In this document: piece by piece, positions 1-9,506 of the stretch | Layout of the letters: the number at the start of each line of letters is the position of its first letter | Position numbering within the stretch: position 1 is the first letter of the stretch | Source: Candidatus Micrarchaeota archaeon | Lineage (GTDB): Archaea > Micrarchaeota > Micrarchaeia > Anstonellales > Bilamarchaeaceae | Assembly (NCBI GenBank): GCA_016932815.1 | Contig: JAFGCC010000025.1 | Location: forward strand, 7,133 to 71,132 | Length of the DNA: 64,000 nt | Direction of reading: 5' to 3' | The notes under the pieces: generated by a model | What the model was told of the DNA's origin: nothing | What the model saw: the letters and a program-made list of their open reading frames with translations, nothing else | Database searches by the model: none | Made by a program: the position numbers and the translations under genes

Positions 1-476
<476 letters not shown>

Positions 477-477
477 C

Positions 478-744
478 TTGTACGTCGTAATCGCCTATGA
501 TATCTCGATTGAGCGGGTAAACAAGGTTAAGGGTTATCTGCGTACGCAACTTACTTGGGTGCAGAATTCGCTTTTTGAGGGAGAACTGACCAACTCGCGC
601 TTTTTGGAAGTCAAATCAAGGTTGGCGGAGTTTGTTCAGAGTCCAGACGATAGCATAATAATTTATATCCTTTCTGATAAACGCTTTGTATCGAGGGAGG
701 TCATGGGTATGAAAAAGGGCAGCCCGGAGGATACGATTTTATGA
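478..744 (+). CDS. cas2: CRISPR-associated endoribonuclease Cas2
   Basis: The translation LYVVIAYDISIERVNKVKGYLRTQLTWVQNSLFEGELT...IIIYILSDKRF is a typical Cas2 fold signature (VxxYDI...VQ.SVFE). The likely start is the TTG at 478, right after the cas1 stop at 474-476. The longer ORF from 331 overlaps cas1 and is unlikely. Confidence 0.8.
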   Translation: MYVVIAYDISIERVNKVKGYLRTQLTWVQNSLFEGELTNSRFLEVKSRLAEFVQSPDDSIIIYILSDKRFVSREVMGMKKGSPEDTIL

Positions 745-847
745 CCATCGCGAGTCACGCCGTGTTTTTTCATTATCGGCGTTTCGCGGAAGCAAACATG
801 CCAAAGTTGGGTGTGTGTCAGACGCAGACCCTCCGTGAAAACGGCCT
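745..847 (+). promoter_or_regulatory. CRISPR leader region (between cas2 stop and first repeat)
   Basis: This is a roughly 100-bp non-coding stretch directly upstream of repeat 1. The degenerate repeat lies at the far (3') end of the array, so this end is the leader-proximal, acquisition side. Confidence 0.5.
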
Positions 848-1681
848 GTCAAAATAAGACTATTGTAGGATTGAAACAACGAAAACAAAGCGAGGAACAA
901 GGTGTAAATATGTGCAAGTCAAAATAAGACTATTGTAGGATTGAAACACTATCTATAACATGCTCCAGAAAATCAAAAAAAAGTCAAAATAAGACTATTG
1001 TAGGATTGAAACATAGACATCAACACTACCGTATCATCCAATCTCGTTGATGTCAAAATAAGACTATTGTAGGATTGAAACACAGGGACGCTCTGAAGCC
1101 CCGCAGCACCTCTCGCCTGTCAAAATAAGACTATTGTAGGATTGAAACGTGGCAACTCCCGTAAGAGCGGATTGCCCGGAAAGGTCAAAATAAGACTATT
1201 GTAGGATTGAAACCCCTTGTTCCCCCCATGCTTGAAGGCTTCCGGGGGGTGTCAAAATAAGACTATTGTAGGATTGAAACTCTTCAAAACCGGCGCCTTT
1301 TATGGGGTAGTGGATAAAGTCAAAATAAGACTATTGTAGGATTGAAACAAATCTTTGCGCGCAAGGCCATTAAGCCAATGCTCGGTCAAAATAAGACTAT
1401 TGTAGGATTGAAACTGGAATAGACAAGCAGACCGTGCAGGTGTTAGAGGGGTCAAAATAAGACTATTGTAGGATTGAAACATGGCAGGAGTAGGAGATAT
1501 TTCAGGGCAAAATCTGGCGTCAAAATAAGACTATTGTAGGATTGAAACAAGCTTCATTATTGATTTGGATAGGTATGCCATAGCCGTCAAAATAAGACTA
1601 TTGTAGGATTGAAACAAAACAAACGCCTCCGCGAACTCATAAGCAAGACCGGTCAAAATAAGACTATTGTAGGATTGAATG
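848..1681 (+). CRISPR. CRISPR array with 13 direct repeats of 30 bp (GTCAAAATAAGACTATTGTAGGATTGAAAC) and 12 unique spacers of 35-40 bp
   Basis: Repeats start at 848, 918, 983, 1052, 1119, 1184, 1251, 1319, 1385, 1451, 1519, 1586 and 1652. The last repeat is degenerate at its 3' end (..GATTGAATG). The repeat ends in ATTGAAAC, the usual 8-nt crRNA 5' handle of Cas6-processed type I/III repeats, so transcription is left to right. Confidence 0.97.
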
Positions 1682-3241
1682 TCACAAGAAAGCTTCCAAC
1701 TCCTCCTCGTCTTCCTCATCCGTTTTGGAAGCAGCACTTTCGTATTCAATCGCCTGCAAGTGCAAAGGCTTCCCCTTTTCAAACTTCCGCGACTTCCTGT
1801 CCCGAATCTCCACAAAGATTGGATACCGCACAGCCTCCCCAACGATTATGCCCTCCCCGACCTTCAAGGAAGTAATTGAGCGCGCCATCCGCGAATCAAT
1901 CCCCTCCGCAGACTCTTCAATGTGCTTTAGGTCATTCGGGTTGGTAACTCGTAGTAATACGTGGGTATTACATTGGCTAAGGGTAGTAGTAGAAAGATTA
2001 ACCGGCCTCTGCGAAACAACCCCCAGGCAAATCCCGAATTTCCTCCCCTCGCGCGCAATCTTCTCAATTATGGATTTGGATGGGTTGTGCGCCATCTTCG
2101 CCTTCTCAGGGGCAAAGTTGTGCGCCTCCTCAACGAGCAAAAACACGGGAGGGACCTGCCCCTTCATCCGAAGCTTGAACAACCGGTTAGCCGCATAAGA
2201 AACAATCAGTTTCTTCTTGCGCATATCCTCCAAATCGGACAAATCAAGGACGAGCATCTCGCCTGGGATAACCTGCTTCCTAAATGCAGGGCTCTCCTTG
2301 GACTGCGAAATGAGGTTAATGGATTTCAATTCATAAAGGGCACGAAGAATCGGCTCCTGCACGTTCTTGCGGATGCTGCTTCCTTCCACCCGCTTAATCA
2401 GGTCGGTAATCCCAAAGAGCCTCCTTTCATTTTTCTCCTGGGAAGACATCTCCCGCAGGATTTTCCCAAGCTCGTTCCTCCCGACTCCCGAAACCTCCGG
2501 GAACCATGAAGAAAACATCCCAGGGGTGAGCTGCCTAAAAGGAATGCAAATCTCCGAGCCATTAACAACCCGGACGCGCCTCCCATACGAAGGGTCCCGC
2601 TTAAAGCCCGAATACTCCCCATGAATATCAATTATGACTGTGGCAATCCGCCCATCCTCCAAACGCCTATCAAGCAGTTCCTCAAGCATTACAGAAGCAA
2701 GGTGCGACTTCCCCGCACCGGACTGGGCAAGGATGGCAAGGTGCTTCTGGAAGAGCCGCGTCAAATCAATGCGAGCCTCAACATCATGGTTCTGCAGTTT
2801 CCCAAGCATGAGTCCGTTATCCATAAACCCGACGAAATCCTTAAGCAGGGATTCATCCGCGCTCACAACCGGAGTCCCAGGCGAAGGGGGAAGGGAAACC
2901 CTCTGCTGCATAAAGCGCTCCCCCATCTTTTCCATGCGCCCAAGAACACGGACCTGCGCAACCGCATACTCCCAACTCTTTATGGGAAAATGCGAGGAAA
3001 CCGGGGCTTCTTTCTCATACTCCGCAACCGATTCGGCACGCTCAAAGTAGCGGTTGGCACGGGTAATCTCGGCAACGTAGCCGAAAACAATCCCCTCCTC
3101 GGAAGTAGTCTGCACGAACTGGCCTTTCTTGACCGGGGACTTCTCCTCCAAAACAAAGGAATACTCCAGGGTAGTGGGGGAATCCTCGGTTGAAATTACG
3201 GTTCCAAGGCCATTCATACAATAAAGATTGTCTATAGGCAT
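1682..3241 (-). CDS. herA: HerA-like DUF87 P-loop ATPase (FtsK/HerA superfamily)
   Basis: 519 aa with an N-terminal barrel-like region. Walker A is AILAQSGAGKSHLASVMLEEL and Walker B is VFLLVEEAHNFAP, which is the HerA/DUF87 architecture. A NurA gene lies on the same strand 3.2 kb upstream. The stop codon directly abuts the terminal CRISPR repeat. Confidence 0.65.
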   Translation of the reverse strand: MPIDNLYCMNGLGTVISTEDSPTTLEYSFVLEEKSPVKKGQFVQTTSEEGIVFGYVAEITRANRYFERAESVAEYEKEAPVSSHFPIKSWEYAVAQVRVLGRMEKMGERFMQQRVSLPPSPGTPVVSADESLLKDFVGFMDNGLMLGKLQNHDVEARIDLTRLFQKHLAILAQSGAGKSHLASVMLEELLDRRLEDGRIATVIIDIHGEYSGFKRDPSYGRRVRVVNGSEICIPFRQLTPGMFSSWFPEVSGVGRNELGKILREMSSQEKNERRLFGITDLIKRVEGSSIRKNVQEPILRALYELKSINLISQSKESPAFRKQVIPGEMLVLDLSDLEDMRKKKLIVSYAANRLFKLRMKGQVPPVFLLVEEAHNFAPEKAKMAHNPSKSIIEKIAREGRKFGICLGVVSQRPVNLSTTTLSQCNTHVLLRVTNPNDLKHIEESAEGIDSRMARSITSLKVGEGIIVGEAVRYPIFVEIRDRKSRKFEKGKPLHLQAIEYESAASKTDEEDEEELEAFL

Positions 3242-3279
3242 TTATAAACAATTCGAGGGGAGGTTTCCGGCTTTCCGAA

Positions 3280-3609
3280 TTACCCCAGTATCGAGGATAT
3301 CCCCCTCACAACCCCGTCCCCGTATTCCCTGGAAACCTTTGCAACTCTCCGTATTAATTCTGTTTTGGCAACCCTTCTGATTGTATCATGCCTTACTCCG
3401 CTGCCTGGACATACGCTTCCAAGTGTCAAGTCCATCTTGCCTATCTCCAAAAAACAATCGTGGCTGCTGTTGCTCGTGATTGAACAGATAATGACGTCCG
3501 GGTGGCTATTGTTGTATCTCTTGCCTGAAATTATCAAGGCCGGACGGACTTTGCTTCCAGAGGAATCTATAAAGCTCACGTCCACTAGCCACACCTCCCT
3601 GCAGTTCAT
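3280..3609 (-). CDS. MazF/PemK-family toxin (mRNA interferase)
   Basis: EVWLVDVSFIDSSGSKVRPALIIS...VIICSITS matches the MazF/PemK consensus. There is a 4-nt overlap with the upstream antitoxin ORF. Confidence 0.7.
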   Translation of the reverse strand: MNCREVWLVDVSFIDSSGSKVRPALIISGKRYNNSHPDVIICSITSNSSHDCFLEIGKMDLTLGSVCPGSGVRHDTIRRVAKTELIRRVAKVSREYGDGVVRGISSILG

Positions 3610-3863
3610 ACTTCTTTGCCCTCATAAAATTTTGATGCTTTCTCATCTGCTGGGTTATCCCAGACTTCCCTGAACGAACGCTCTGCTAGAAGGCGGTATT
3701 CCGCTTCTTCGGATAGCCCCAGCTCCTTGTCGAGATTTGCCAGTGCCATGCGCACAACTTCTGTTTTGGAGGTTGCATATCCCCTTTCTATTGCTCTTTC
3801 CACGATTCTTTCCATGACGCCCCTCAATTGCAAGTGTATATTCATTGTATCACAGATATACAT
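3606..3863 (-). CDS. Ribbon-helix-helix (CopG-like) antitoxin partner of the MazF toxin
   Basis: This small ORF (MNIHLQLRGVMERIVERAIERGYATSKTEVVRMALANL) looks like an RHH fold. It is translationally coupled to the toxin by an ATGA overlap. An alternative start lies at Met7 (3845). Confidence 0.55.
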   Translation of the reverse strand: MYICDTMNIHLQLRGVMERIVERAIERGYATSKTEVVRMALANLDKELGLSEEAEYRLLAERSFREVWDNPADEKASKFYEGKEV

Positions 3864-3977
3864 TAGATGTACATATGCTTATAATCTTATCATCTGCATG
3901 TGGCCTTTAAAACAGGAGGAGAGGGTGCCTTTCCGTTGTGCCCCTAAATGGGCACCAACCAGCGTAATGGGATGCAC

Positions 3978-4370
3978 TTATGGTGTTTCCCCAAGTTCCT
4001 TAATCATGTTCTTGTCGTAGGTAGCTGCCCCGCACCCCATTCTCCTGCAAAGGTAGATTACGGTACAATCCGCATAACTAAGCTGGTGCCTCTGTTTCTT
4101 GAAAATCGAGATTATGCAGGAAATCTCGTGCTTGCTCTCAATCGGGAAGATGCCAAAATTCTCTTTTGCATAATCCAGGAAGGCAGAGGCCTGTTTCAAT
4201 CCAGCGTGGTATAAGATTACGGTCGCGGTTTCCCCCAGAATGGATTCACTTACCGTAAAGTAGCCATCTTCCTCTTCATACTTCCGCATTTCCTCAATAG
4301 CCCTCCCATGCAGCGAATCGCTCTCATCAAAAAGCGCAACAAGGAACGAACTATCAAGCACCCTCATCAT
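3978..4370 (-). CDS. vapC: PIN-domain VapC-like toxin
   Basis: M(M)RVLDSSFLVALFDESD...EISCIISIF is a PIN-domain acidic signature. The start was chosen at the Met preceding RVLDSSF. The longer ORF to 4391 is possible. It overlaps the 3' end of the upstream antitoxin ORF. Confidence 0.6.
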   Translation of the reverse strand: MMRVLDSSFLVALFDESDSLHGRAIEEMRKYEEEDGYFTVSESILGETATVILYHAGLKQASAFLDYAKENFGIFPIESKHEISCIISIFKKQRHQLSYADCTVIYLCRRMGCGAATYDKNMIKELGETP

Positions 4371-4638
4371 GCCCACCTTTGCGCTTCCCATACAAAACCG
4401 TATCTATTTCCCTGCTGAGATTCGGGTTTCCGCTGGAGAATTTTATCTTCTCATATGCACTAAACACGCTGGTAGAGCGCTTGCCCTTTTTCTCCTGCAT
4501 TTTTTTCTGGGCAAGAAGGGCAATCTCGCGCATTGCTTCTGCCATGCTCAGCTTGTGCTCCCTTGCATAGTTGGAAATAAACTCCTTTGTTGCATCATCC
4601 AGATTCCGCACCGCGAAGAAATTCGTCATGTTTAACAT
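4354..4638 (-). CDS. VapB-like antitoxin (small DNA-binding protein)
   Basis: MLNMTNFFAVRNLDDATKEFISNYAREHKLSMAEAMREIALLAQ is a small basic protein upstream of and overlapping vapC. A TATA-like TTAAAAAA lies about 20 nt upstream of the ATG on the minus strand. The ORF track extends it to 4722, but the N-terminal extension looks non-native. Confidence 0.5.
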   Translation of the reverse strand: MLNMTNFFAVRNLDDATKEFISNYAREHKLSMAEAMREIALLAQKKMQEKKGKRSTSVFSAYEKIKFSSGNPNLSREIDTVLYGKRKGGHDEGA

Positions 4639-4746
4639 GTTTAACAAACCTTTTTTAATGCTTATGGCAAGTGGCTTGCAGGAGGACACATAAAAAGCGA
4701 TTAAGAGGGGGGCTTTCCGCATTTCCGCACTACTCCATGAGGTAGG

Positions 4747-5127
4747 TCAGATGTATTCGCTATCCACCAAAACCATCTGTTTGGAGGGGTTGTGCACACG
4801 GAAGGAGAGCCGTACTTCATCAGTATCCATGCCCGGAATCTCTTCGCGCATTAATTTGTATGCGAGCAGCCTGATGACTTGCCTGTCATCATCTATCAAA
4901 TAGTTCGATTTCGTCTTTTTCCTATCGTTTGAAATGGCATCCAGAACTACTTTTGAGATATTGTCCACGTCTTGCCATGCGTATCTTTGTTTGTTGACAT
5001 ATATCAAGATGGAAACGTCTAGTTCCTTGTCCCGGATGCCTTCGAATTTGTTATTTTCCATCCACTCGCGTATGTTTCGGATTATTCTTTCTTTGCTTTC
5101 CGCCTTTTTGCTGGTGCATACTTCCAT
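4747..5127 (-). CDS. rusA: RusA-family Holliday-junction resolvase-like endonuclease
   Basis: DVDNISKVVLDAISND...YLIDDDRQVIRL aligns with the RusA catalytic motifs (DLDNLxKAxxDAL...DDxQV). The start was chosen at an internal Met, giving about 126 aa. The ORF is open to 5208. Confidence 0.55.
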   Translation of the reverse strand: MEVCTSKKAESKERIIRNIREWMENNKFEGIRDKELDVSILIYVNKQRYAWQDVDNISKVVLDAISNDRKKTKSNYLIDDDRQVIRLLAYKLMREEIPGMDTDEVRLSFRVHNPSKQMVLVDSEYI

Positions 5128-5304
5128 TAAGATGTTGGAGGCCCCCATGGCATCTTCCAATCGAAGGTTGGCACTATTGGCTGTTTTACCTTTCATCAAG
5201 TGCTGCAAGCCATCATCTCCCGTCTGTTGCTGTTGAGCTTTGGAGTCTAGGCATTAACCCGAATATTTTAATAGCTTGCGAAGGAAGCGTTAAGCGGTGA
5301 TATA

Positions 5305-5625
5305 TTGGCGGTCAAAAAGAGAAACCCCCTTTTCGTGATAGTGGCAAGCTTCATCACGTTCGGGATATATGCGCTATACTGGTTCTATAGCACGACCAAG
5401 GAACTCGGGGAAGTGAACAAGTCCGAGGTTAACCCAATCGTCTGGACCATTGCGCTATTCATCCCGTTTGTGAACCTCTATTTCCTCTGGAAGTACTCAG
5501 GTGAAGCGGAGAAGCTCATGAACAAGAAGCACAGCCAGCTCGTGCTATTTATTGCATGGCTAGTGTTCTTCCCGATTGTGCAGTATCTGGTGCAGAATGA
5601 GCTAAATGCAAAGGCTGCGGCATAA
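5305..5625 (+). CDS. DUF4234-like small membrane protein
   Basis: The FITFGIYALYWFY motif and two further TM helices are present. A TTG start is inferred. Confidence 0.4.
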   Translation: MAVKKRNPLFVIVASFITFGIYALYWFYSTTKELGEVNKSEVNPIVWTIALFIPFVNLYFLWKYSGEAEKLMNKKHSQLVLFIAWLVFFPIVQYLVQNELNAKAAA

Positions 5626-5676
5626 ACGCTGCAGCCCCAATTTTCCTTTTTTCCTTTTGATTAGAAGCAGGTTTGC

Positions 5677-6279
5677 CTAGTCGCTCCCGGTCCTGCGGAG
5701 CATCTTATGGGGAGAAGCCTTCTTCGGGGGCATGGGGATGTCCCTGCGCATCCTAACCGATTTTAGCCCCCCCTCCAGGTCCATCCCGTAGCGGCGGATT
5801 ATCGCTTCAAGCTTCGCCTTCTCCTTGGTTGATGAAAGCTGGAAGATGGTGCTCACAGTGGAGCGCATCTTGTTTGCGGCTTCCTTCTCTCCGGAGTCGC
5901 TAATCTCTTCTAGCAGTATGGGGACTGCCCGCTCCACGAAATCCTTCGCCAGGACCATCGCAGCGCTTTCTGCGGTGGTGCTTACCGAGTCGTCGGAATC
6001 CCCTATTGCGCGCACGATAACGCGGATGCTGCCGTCGTTTATGCAGCGCGGGTTCCCAAGAAGGGTGTTCATAAGCCCCCAGATTGCGCACTCGCGCACT
6101 TCGGCTTCGCAGCCGCGCTCAACCAAGGAGCTGAGGCCGGACACTGCAATCGTAAACCTCCTTGAGGCTACCCCCTCATCCGCAAGCTTGGCTAGGATAT
6201 GGACCCTTGCTAGCTCCTCTGCCGGGGATTTCCGTATAACGCCTTTTGGATGAATATGACTAACACTCCCACACATCAA
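5677..6279 (-). CDS. Hypothetical protein with HEAT/PBS-lyase-like repeats
   Basis: 200 aa with repeating VRxxAIxALGxIGD-like segments. It sits between nurA and the AT-rich islet on the same strand. Confidence 0.35.
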   Translation of the reverse strand: MMCGSVSHIHPKGVIRKSPAEELARVHILAKLADEGVASRRFTIAVSGLSSLVERGCEAEVRECAIWGLMNTLLGNPRCINDGSIRVIVRAIGDSDDSVSTTAESAAMVLAKDFVERAVPILLEEISDSGEKEAANKMRSTVSTIFQLSSTKEKAKLEAIIRRYGMDLEGGLKSVRMRRDIPMPPKKASPHKMLRRTGSD

Positions 6280-6424
6280 ACCTATTTGGGTAGGGAAACC
6301 CTTTTAATACCACATTTTGGGACAAACTACGCCCATTTTTGCACAAAACCGCCTTTTAGTGGGAATGCGGCACCAGCGCTGCAAACCTCCCACGCCTGCG
6401 GAGGGAGCCCGAAAAATCCTCTTT

Positions 6425-7450
6425 TCACCTAAACGGACGTGAGTTCCTCTTTAGGTCCAGGAGCGTGGGCCCTGCAAAGAGGGACAGCGATTTCTTCGCC
6501 CTCTCAAGCTCGTTTGGGTCCATCATTGCGCGCAAATCCGCATCAATTAATACCGCGGGATAAGCGTAAAAGCGGTTTATCGCGCAAAGCGAGGACAATG
6601 TATCCGCAATCCCGGAAAAGCCCGCCTGCCCGTTCAAGAATTCCATCCTGACTGGCCTGTCTCCCGCAACCGGCTTGGAATAAAGGGCGCATATTTTCTC
6701 CCCCCACGCCCCAAGCTCCCGCAGAACGTTGTTTTTCTGCGGAGAATCCGAATACCGGAATGCAAATGTCCTCTCCCCCCCGCCAAGAAGGTGGTTCAGG
6801 AATACGGTATCAGAAGAGCGCTCCCCGGCTCCGGGGGGCAGCATCTCAACAAACCGCCTGGAGCGCGAATCCTTTATTATGCCCGCAAGGACAATGGAAT
6901 TCTCCATGCAATAGGAATAGAGTTCCTTATACAAATTCAAAAGCCCCATGTATTTGGGGAAAAGCTTGGATTCCTCTGCCGGCCTGTCCGATGCAAGCGG
7001 GCACAATGAGCCATCTAGGAGCAAATACGATGGCTTCTCCTTCTTCGCCGTCTCAAGCGCGTTCCCAATCTCAAGCTCAAGGCGGACAAGCGACTTGTGC
7101 CAGAGGAGTTCGCGTTCATCAAGCCCGGTTTCCACGCGGTATTCCGGCTGGGGGAAAGCCCGCGGGAAGTAGGTATGCGAAACTACTCTTCCAGAAGAAT
7201 ATGTAAAAGTGGATGAAACCGCCTTCGCAATCAACAGGTCCGCCCCGTGCATCTCATAGGAGAGTATCCCCCCATCCACTGCGGAAACCTTCCCCTCCAC
7301 CCTTTTGGAAGCGTCAACGGGCAGTATGAATTCCGGCTCAAGCGAACCCCCCGGCAGCTTCCCGGATTCTTTTACCCTTGCTGCGGCCTTAGCGCGCGAA
7401 TCCTCAATCTCGCGTATGTGCGCCGCCGCCATCCGAAGCTGCTCAAGCAT
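6425..7450 (-). CDS. nurA: NurA 5'-3' nuclease
   Basis: The NurA-domain motifs AVDGG, YLLLDGSL, IIKDSRSR and YPAVLIDADLRA are present. It is on the same strand as the HerA-like ATPase. Confidence 0.65.
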   Translation of the reverse strand: MLEQLRMAAAHIREIEDSRAKAAARVKESGKLPGGSLEPEFILPVDASKRVEGKVSAVDGGILSYEMHGADLLIAKAVSSTFTYSSGRVVSHTYFPRAFPQPEYRVETGLDERELLWHKSLVRLELEIGNALETAKKEKPSYLLLDGSLCPLASDRPAEESKLFPKYMGLLNLYKELYSYCMENSIVLAGIIKDSRSRRFVEMLPPGAGERSSDTVFLNHLLGGGERTFAFRYSDSPQKNNVLRELGAWGEKICALYSKPVAGDRPVRMEFLNGQAGFSGIADTLSSLCAINRFYAYPAVLIDADLRAMMDPNELERAKKSLSLFAGPTLLDLKRNSRPFR

Positions 7451-7602
7451 AAGCGCATCTTTTGCATTCCACCTTTAAAAACCAATTGAGGGCGGCATTC
7501 CGCAAAACCCCCCTGGAAGCCAACCTCCCATAAACCCTGCCCGCAGGAACGCGCTTACCCCCCCGCTTATTAATCTTGCTGCCCAATCCCAAAGGTGGTC
7601 AA

Positions 7603-8265
7603 ATGATTGAGGAAACCTGCAGGAAGATGTTCCTGTCCCTGCTCCCGGAAAACATAGACAAGTTCTCAAAAGAGAAAAAGAGTTCCCCCAAAGACGGGCT
7701 GAAAGTTTACGCCCTAGCATGGGCGGCAACCTTCACCCTCTCATTAATCGTCCTTGCAATAGGAATATTCCGCGACGGGATGGACACCGCGGTAAGCAAC
7801 TACCTGGGATTCGCCGTTTCCGGAGCCTTCTCCTTTGCAGCATTCCTCCTAATCTCCATTTTCGGGCTAATATGGGGGATTGCGGCAACCTACGCCGCGC
7901 AGTATGCGGGCAACTGGGTTGCGAAAAACGCATTCAACGGGAAAGCCGATTTCCCAAGCCAGTTCTGGCTAATAATGCTATTTAGCGGGGCGCTAATGGT
8001 CGCAGATTCAATCCTAGGGCTCCTAAGCTACCTTGCCCCCATCCTGGAAATCCCAATAGGCCTCTTTTCCCTCCTCCTTGGGATTTACGGGGTCTACCTT
8101 ATGTATTATGGGATGAAGTCCATCCACAAGCTTGAGGCTTCCGGGGCGATAGTATCAGTTCTCTCAATCATGCTGGTCCAGGCATTAATCTTCATGGCAA
8201 TAGCGTTCTTTGTGGGGATGCTCATGGTGCTCCTTGGCGTGACTGCGCTCGCCCCTCAACTGTGA
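7603..8265 (+). CDS. Yip1-domain-like multi-pass membrane protein
   Basis: Five or six predicted TM helices. GGTGG lies 8 nt upstream of the ATG at 7603. Confidence 0.35.
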   Translation: MIEETCRKMFLSLLPENIDKFSKEKKSSPKDGLKVYALAWAATFTLSLIVLAIGIFRDGMDTAVSNYLGFAVSGAFSFAAFLLISIFGLIWGIAATYAAQYAGNWVAKNAFNGKADFPSQFWLIMLFSGALMVADSILGLLSYLAPILEIPIGLFSLLLGIYGVYLMYYGMKSIHKLEASGAIVSVLSIMLVQALIFMAIAFFVGMLMVLLGVTALAPQL

Positions 8266-8374
8266 GCAAAGCTCTCCGCGCTGCGGCAGCTTGCCCCAGA
8301 GATGGATAGCCGCCATTGAAGGCAGGAATCCCCTGCCCCACCCCTTTTTCTTCTTTTGCTTCCTAATCCAACAC

Positions 8375-8722
8375 ATGTTTTCATACAAACAGGCAATCGT
8401 GCTGCGCACCGACCTTGGGATGGGCAAGGGGAAGCTGGTTGCGCAGGGCTCCCACGCCGCCCTGGTTGCTTATTCCAAAGCCGGAGAGGTTGAAAAGAAG
8501 GCATGGGATTTATCCGGCCAGAAAAAAATAGTGCTCAAAGCATCCTCGGAAGAGGAACTGCTTGAATTCTTCATGCGGTGCAAGGAAGCGGGGCTCAAGC
8601 CCGCCCTAATCCGCGATGCCGGGCACACCCAGATTCCAGCAGGCAGCATAACCGCTTTCGCAGTAGGCCCCGCAGAAGAGGGGAAAATCGATTCGATTTT
8701 GGGGCAGCTCAAGCTCCTCTGA
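8375..8722 (+). CDS. pth2: Peptidyl-tRNA hydrolase, archaeal type (Pth2)
   Basis: KQAIVLRTDLGMGKGKLVAQGSHAALVAY...LIRDAGHTQIPAGSITAFAVGP is a near-canonical Pth2 sequence. Confidence 0.85.
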   Translation: MFSYKQAIVLRTDLGMGKGKLVAQGSHAALVAYSKAGEVEKKAWDLSGQKKIVLKASSEEELLEFFMRCKEAGLKPALIRDAGHTQIPAGSITAFAVGPAEEGKIDSILGQLKLL

Positions 8723-8799
8723 AGGGGAAGGATGCTACCTATTTAAAAAAGTTCTTCCACATATCTTGTCTTCTAACAACTTAATGGAGACGGATTGCG

Positions 8800-9477
8800 A
8801 TGGATGATGAGTTCATAGAGGATTATGGGGAGTTTGTGGACAATGCAAGGGATTCTTCTAAATCCCTGAGGGAGAGGGAAACGAGTGCCTCCCTGCTGCT
8901 CGAAGACGATTTTGCAACTTCAAAGCTGGACCTAGAAACCCTGGTGATATGCAGGCTGCTGCGCGCGCAGGGCGAAGACCTTTCCGATTTGATGGGTGGT
9001 GCGGCCACCAGGAACAAACTGCACGAAGTGCGCAGCATACTGCACAAGGTTGCCCTAACCGAGAATGAACCCGACGTCCTAGTAAGGGTTTCGGACCTGC
9101 TCTCTTTCTGCGGCTGCAGGGATTCAATTAGCTCCCTCATCCTCATAATCAGCAGGGACGAGAGTGCAGGCAGCAGGGCGGCAAACGCCGCAATCGACGC
9201 CATCTCGGCACTAGCGGTAAATGCGCGCCCCAAGGACGTGGACGTTTTCTCAAAGAGGGTGCAGGCTGCAAGGTCCCAAAAGGAAATCTCCCGCTATTAC
9301 GGAAAGCCATTGGAGAGAGTCCTCTCCGTACTCGCGCAGAAAAAGAAATGCCCCGATACCCCCGAACTAATGAGGTGGGTAGCAAGGAACAAGCCTGAAC
9401 TCTCCGGGCGCATCGAAGGCCCAAAAAGGAGGATGGCCGCAAGGCAGATGGCCTGCATGGGAACGGCCAAGCGGTAA
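8800..9477 (+). CDS. Hypothetical HEAT-like repeat protein, tandem paralog A (225 aa)
   Basis: It shares the CRLLRA, AANAAIDA and NKPELSGRIEGPKRRMAARQ motifs with the adjacent ORF. A TATA-like ATTTAAAAAA lies at 8741-8750. Confidence 0.5.
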   Translation: MDDEFIEDYGEFVDNARDSSKSLRERETSASLLLEDDFATSKLDLETLVICRLLRAQGEDLSDLMGGAATRNKLHEVRSILHKVALTENEPDVLVRVSDLLSFCGCRDSISSLILIISRDESAGSRAANAAIDAISALAVNARPKDVDVFSKRVQAARSQKEISRYYGKPLERVLSVLAQKKKCPDTPELMRWVARNKPELSGRIEGPKRRMAARQMACMGTAKR

Positions 9478-9506
9478 TATCCGCAAAAACAGGAGGACCG
9501 GTTGAA

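Noticed and set aside
1300-1875. ORFs inside the CRISPR array (1300..1482 -, 1531..1842 -, 1609..1875 +, 1679..1879 +)
   Set aside because: Their translations are dominated by repeat-derived peptides (QSYNSLILT...). They are artefacts of the array.
5677-6279. Considered calling 5677-6279 a specific NurA/HerA accessory factor
   Set aside because: Only HEAT-like repeats are visible and no diagnostic motif. It is kept as a hypothetical protein.
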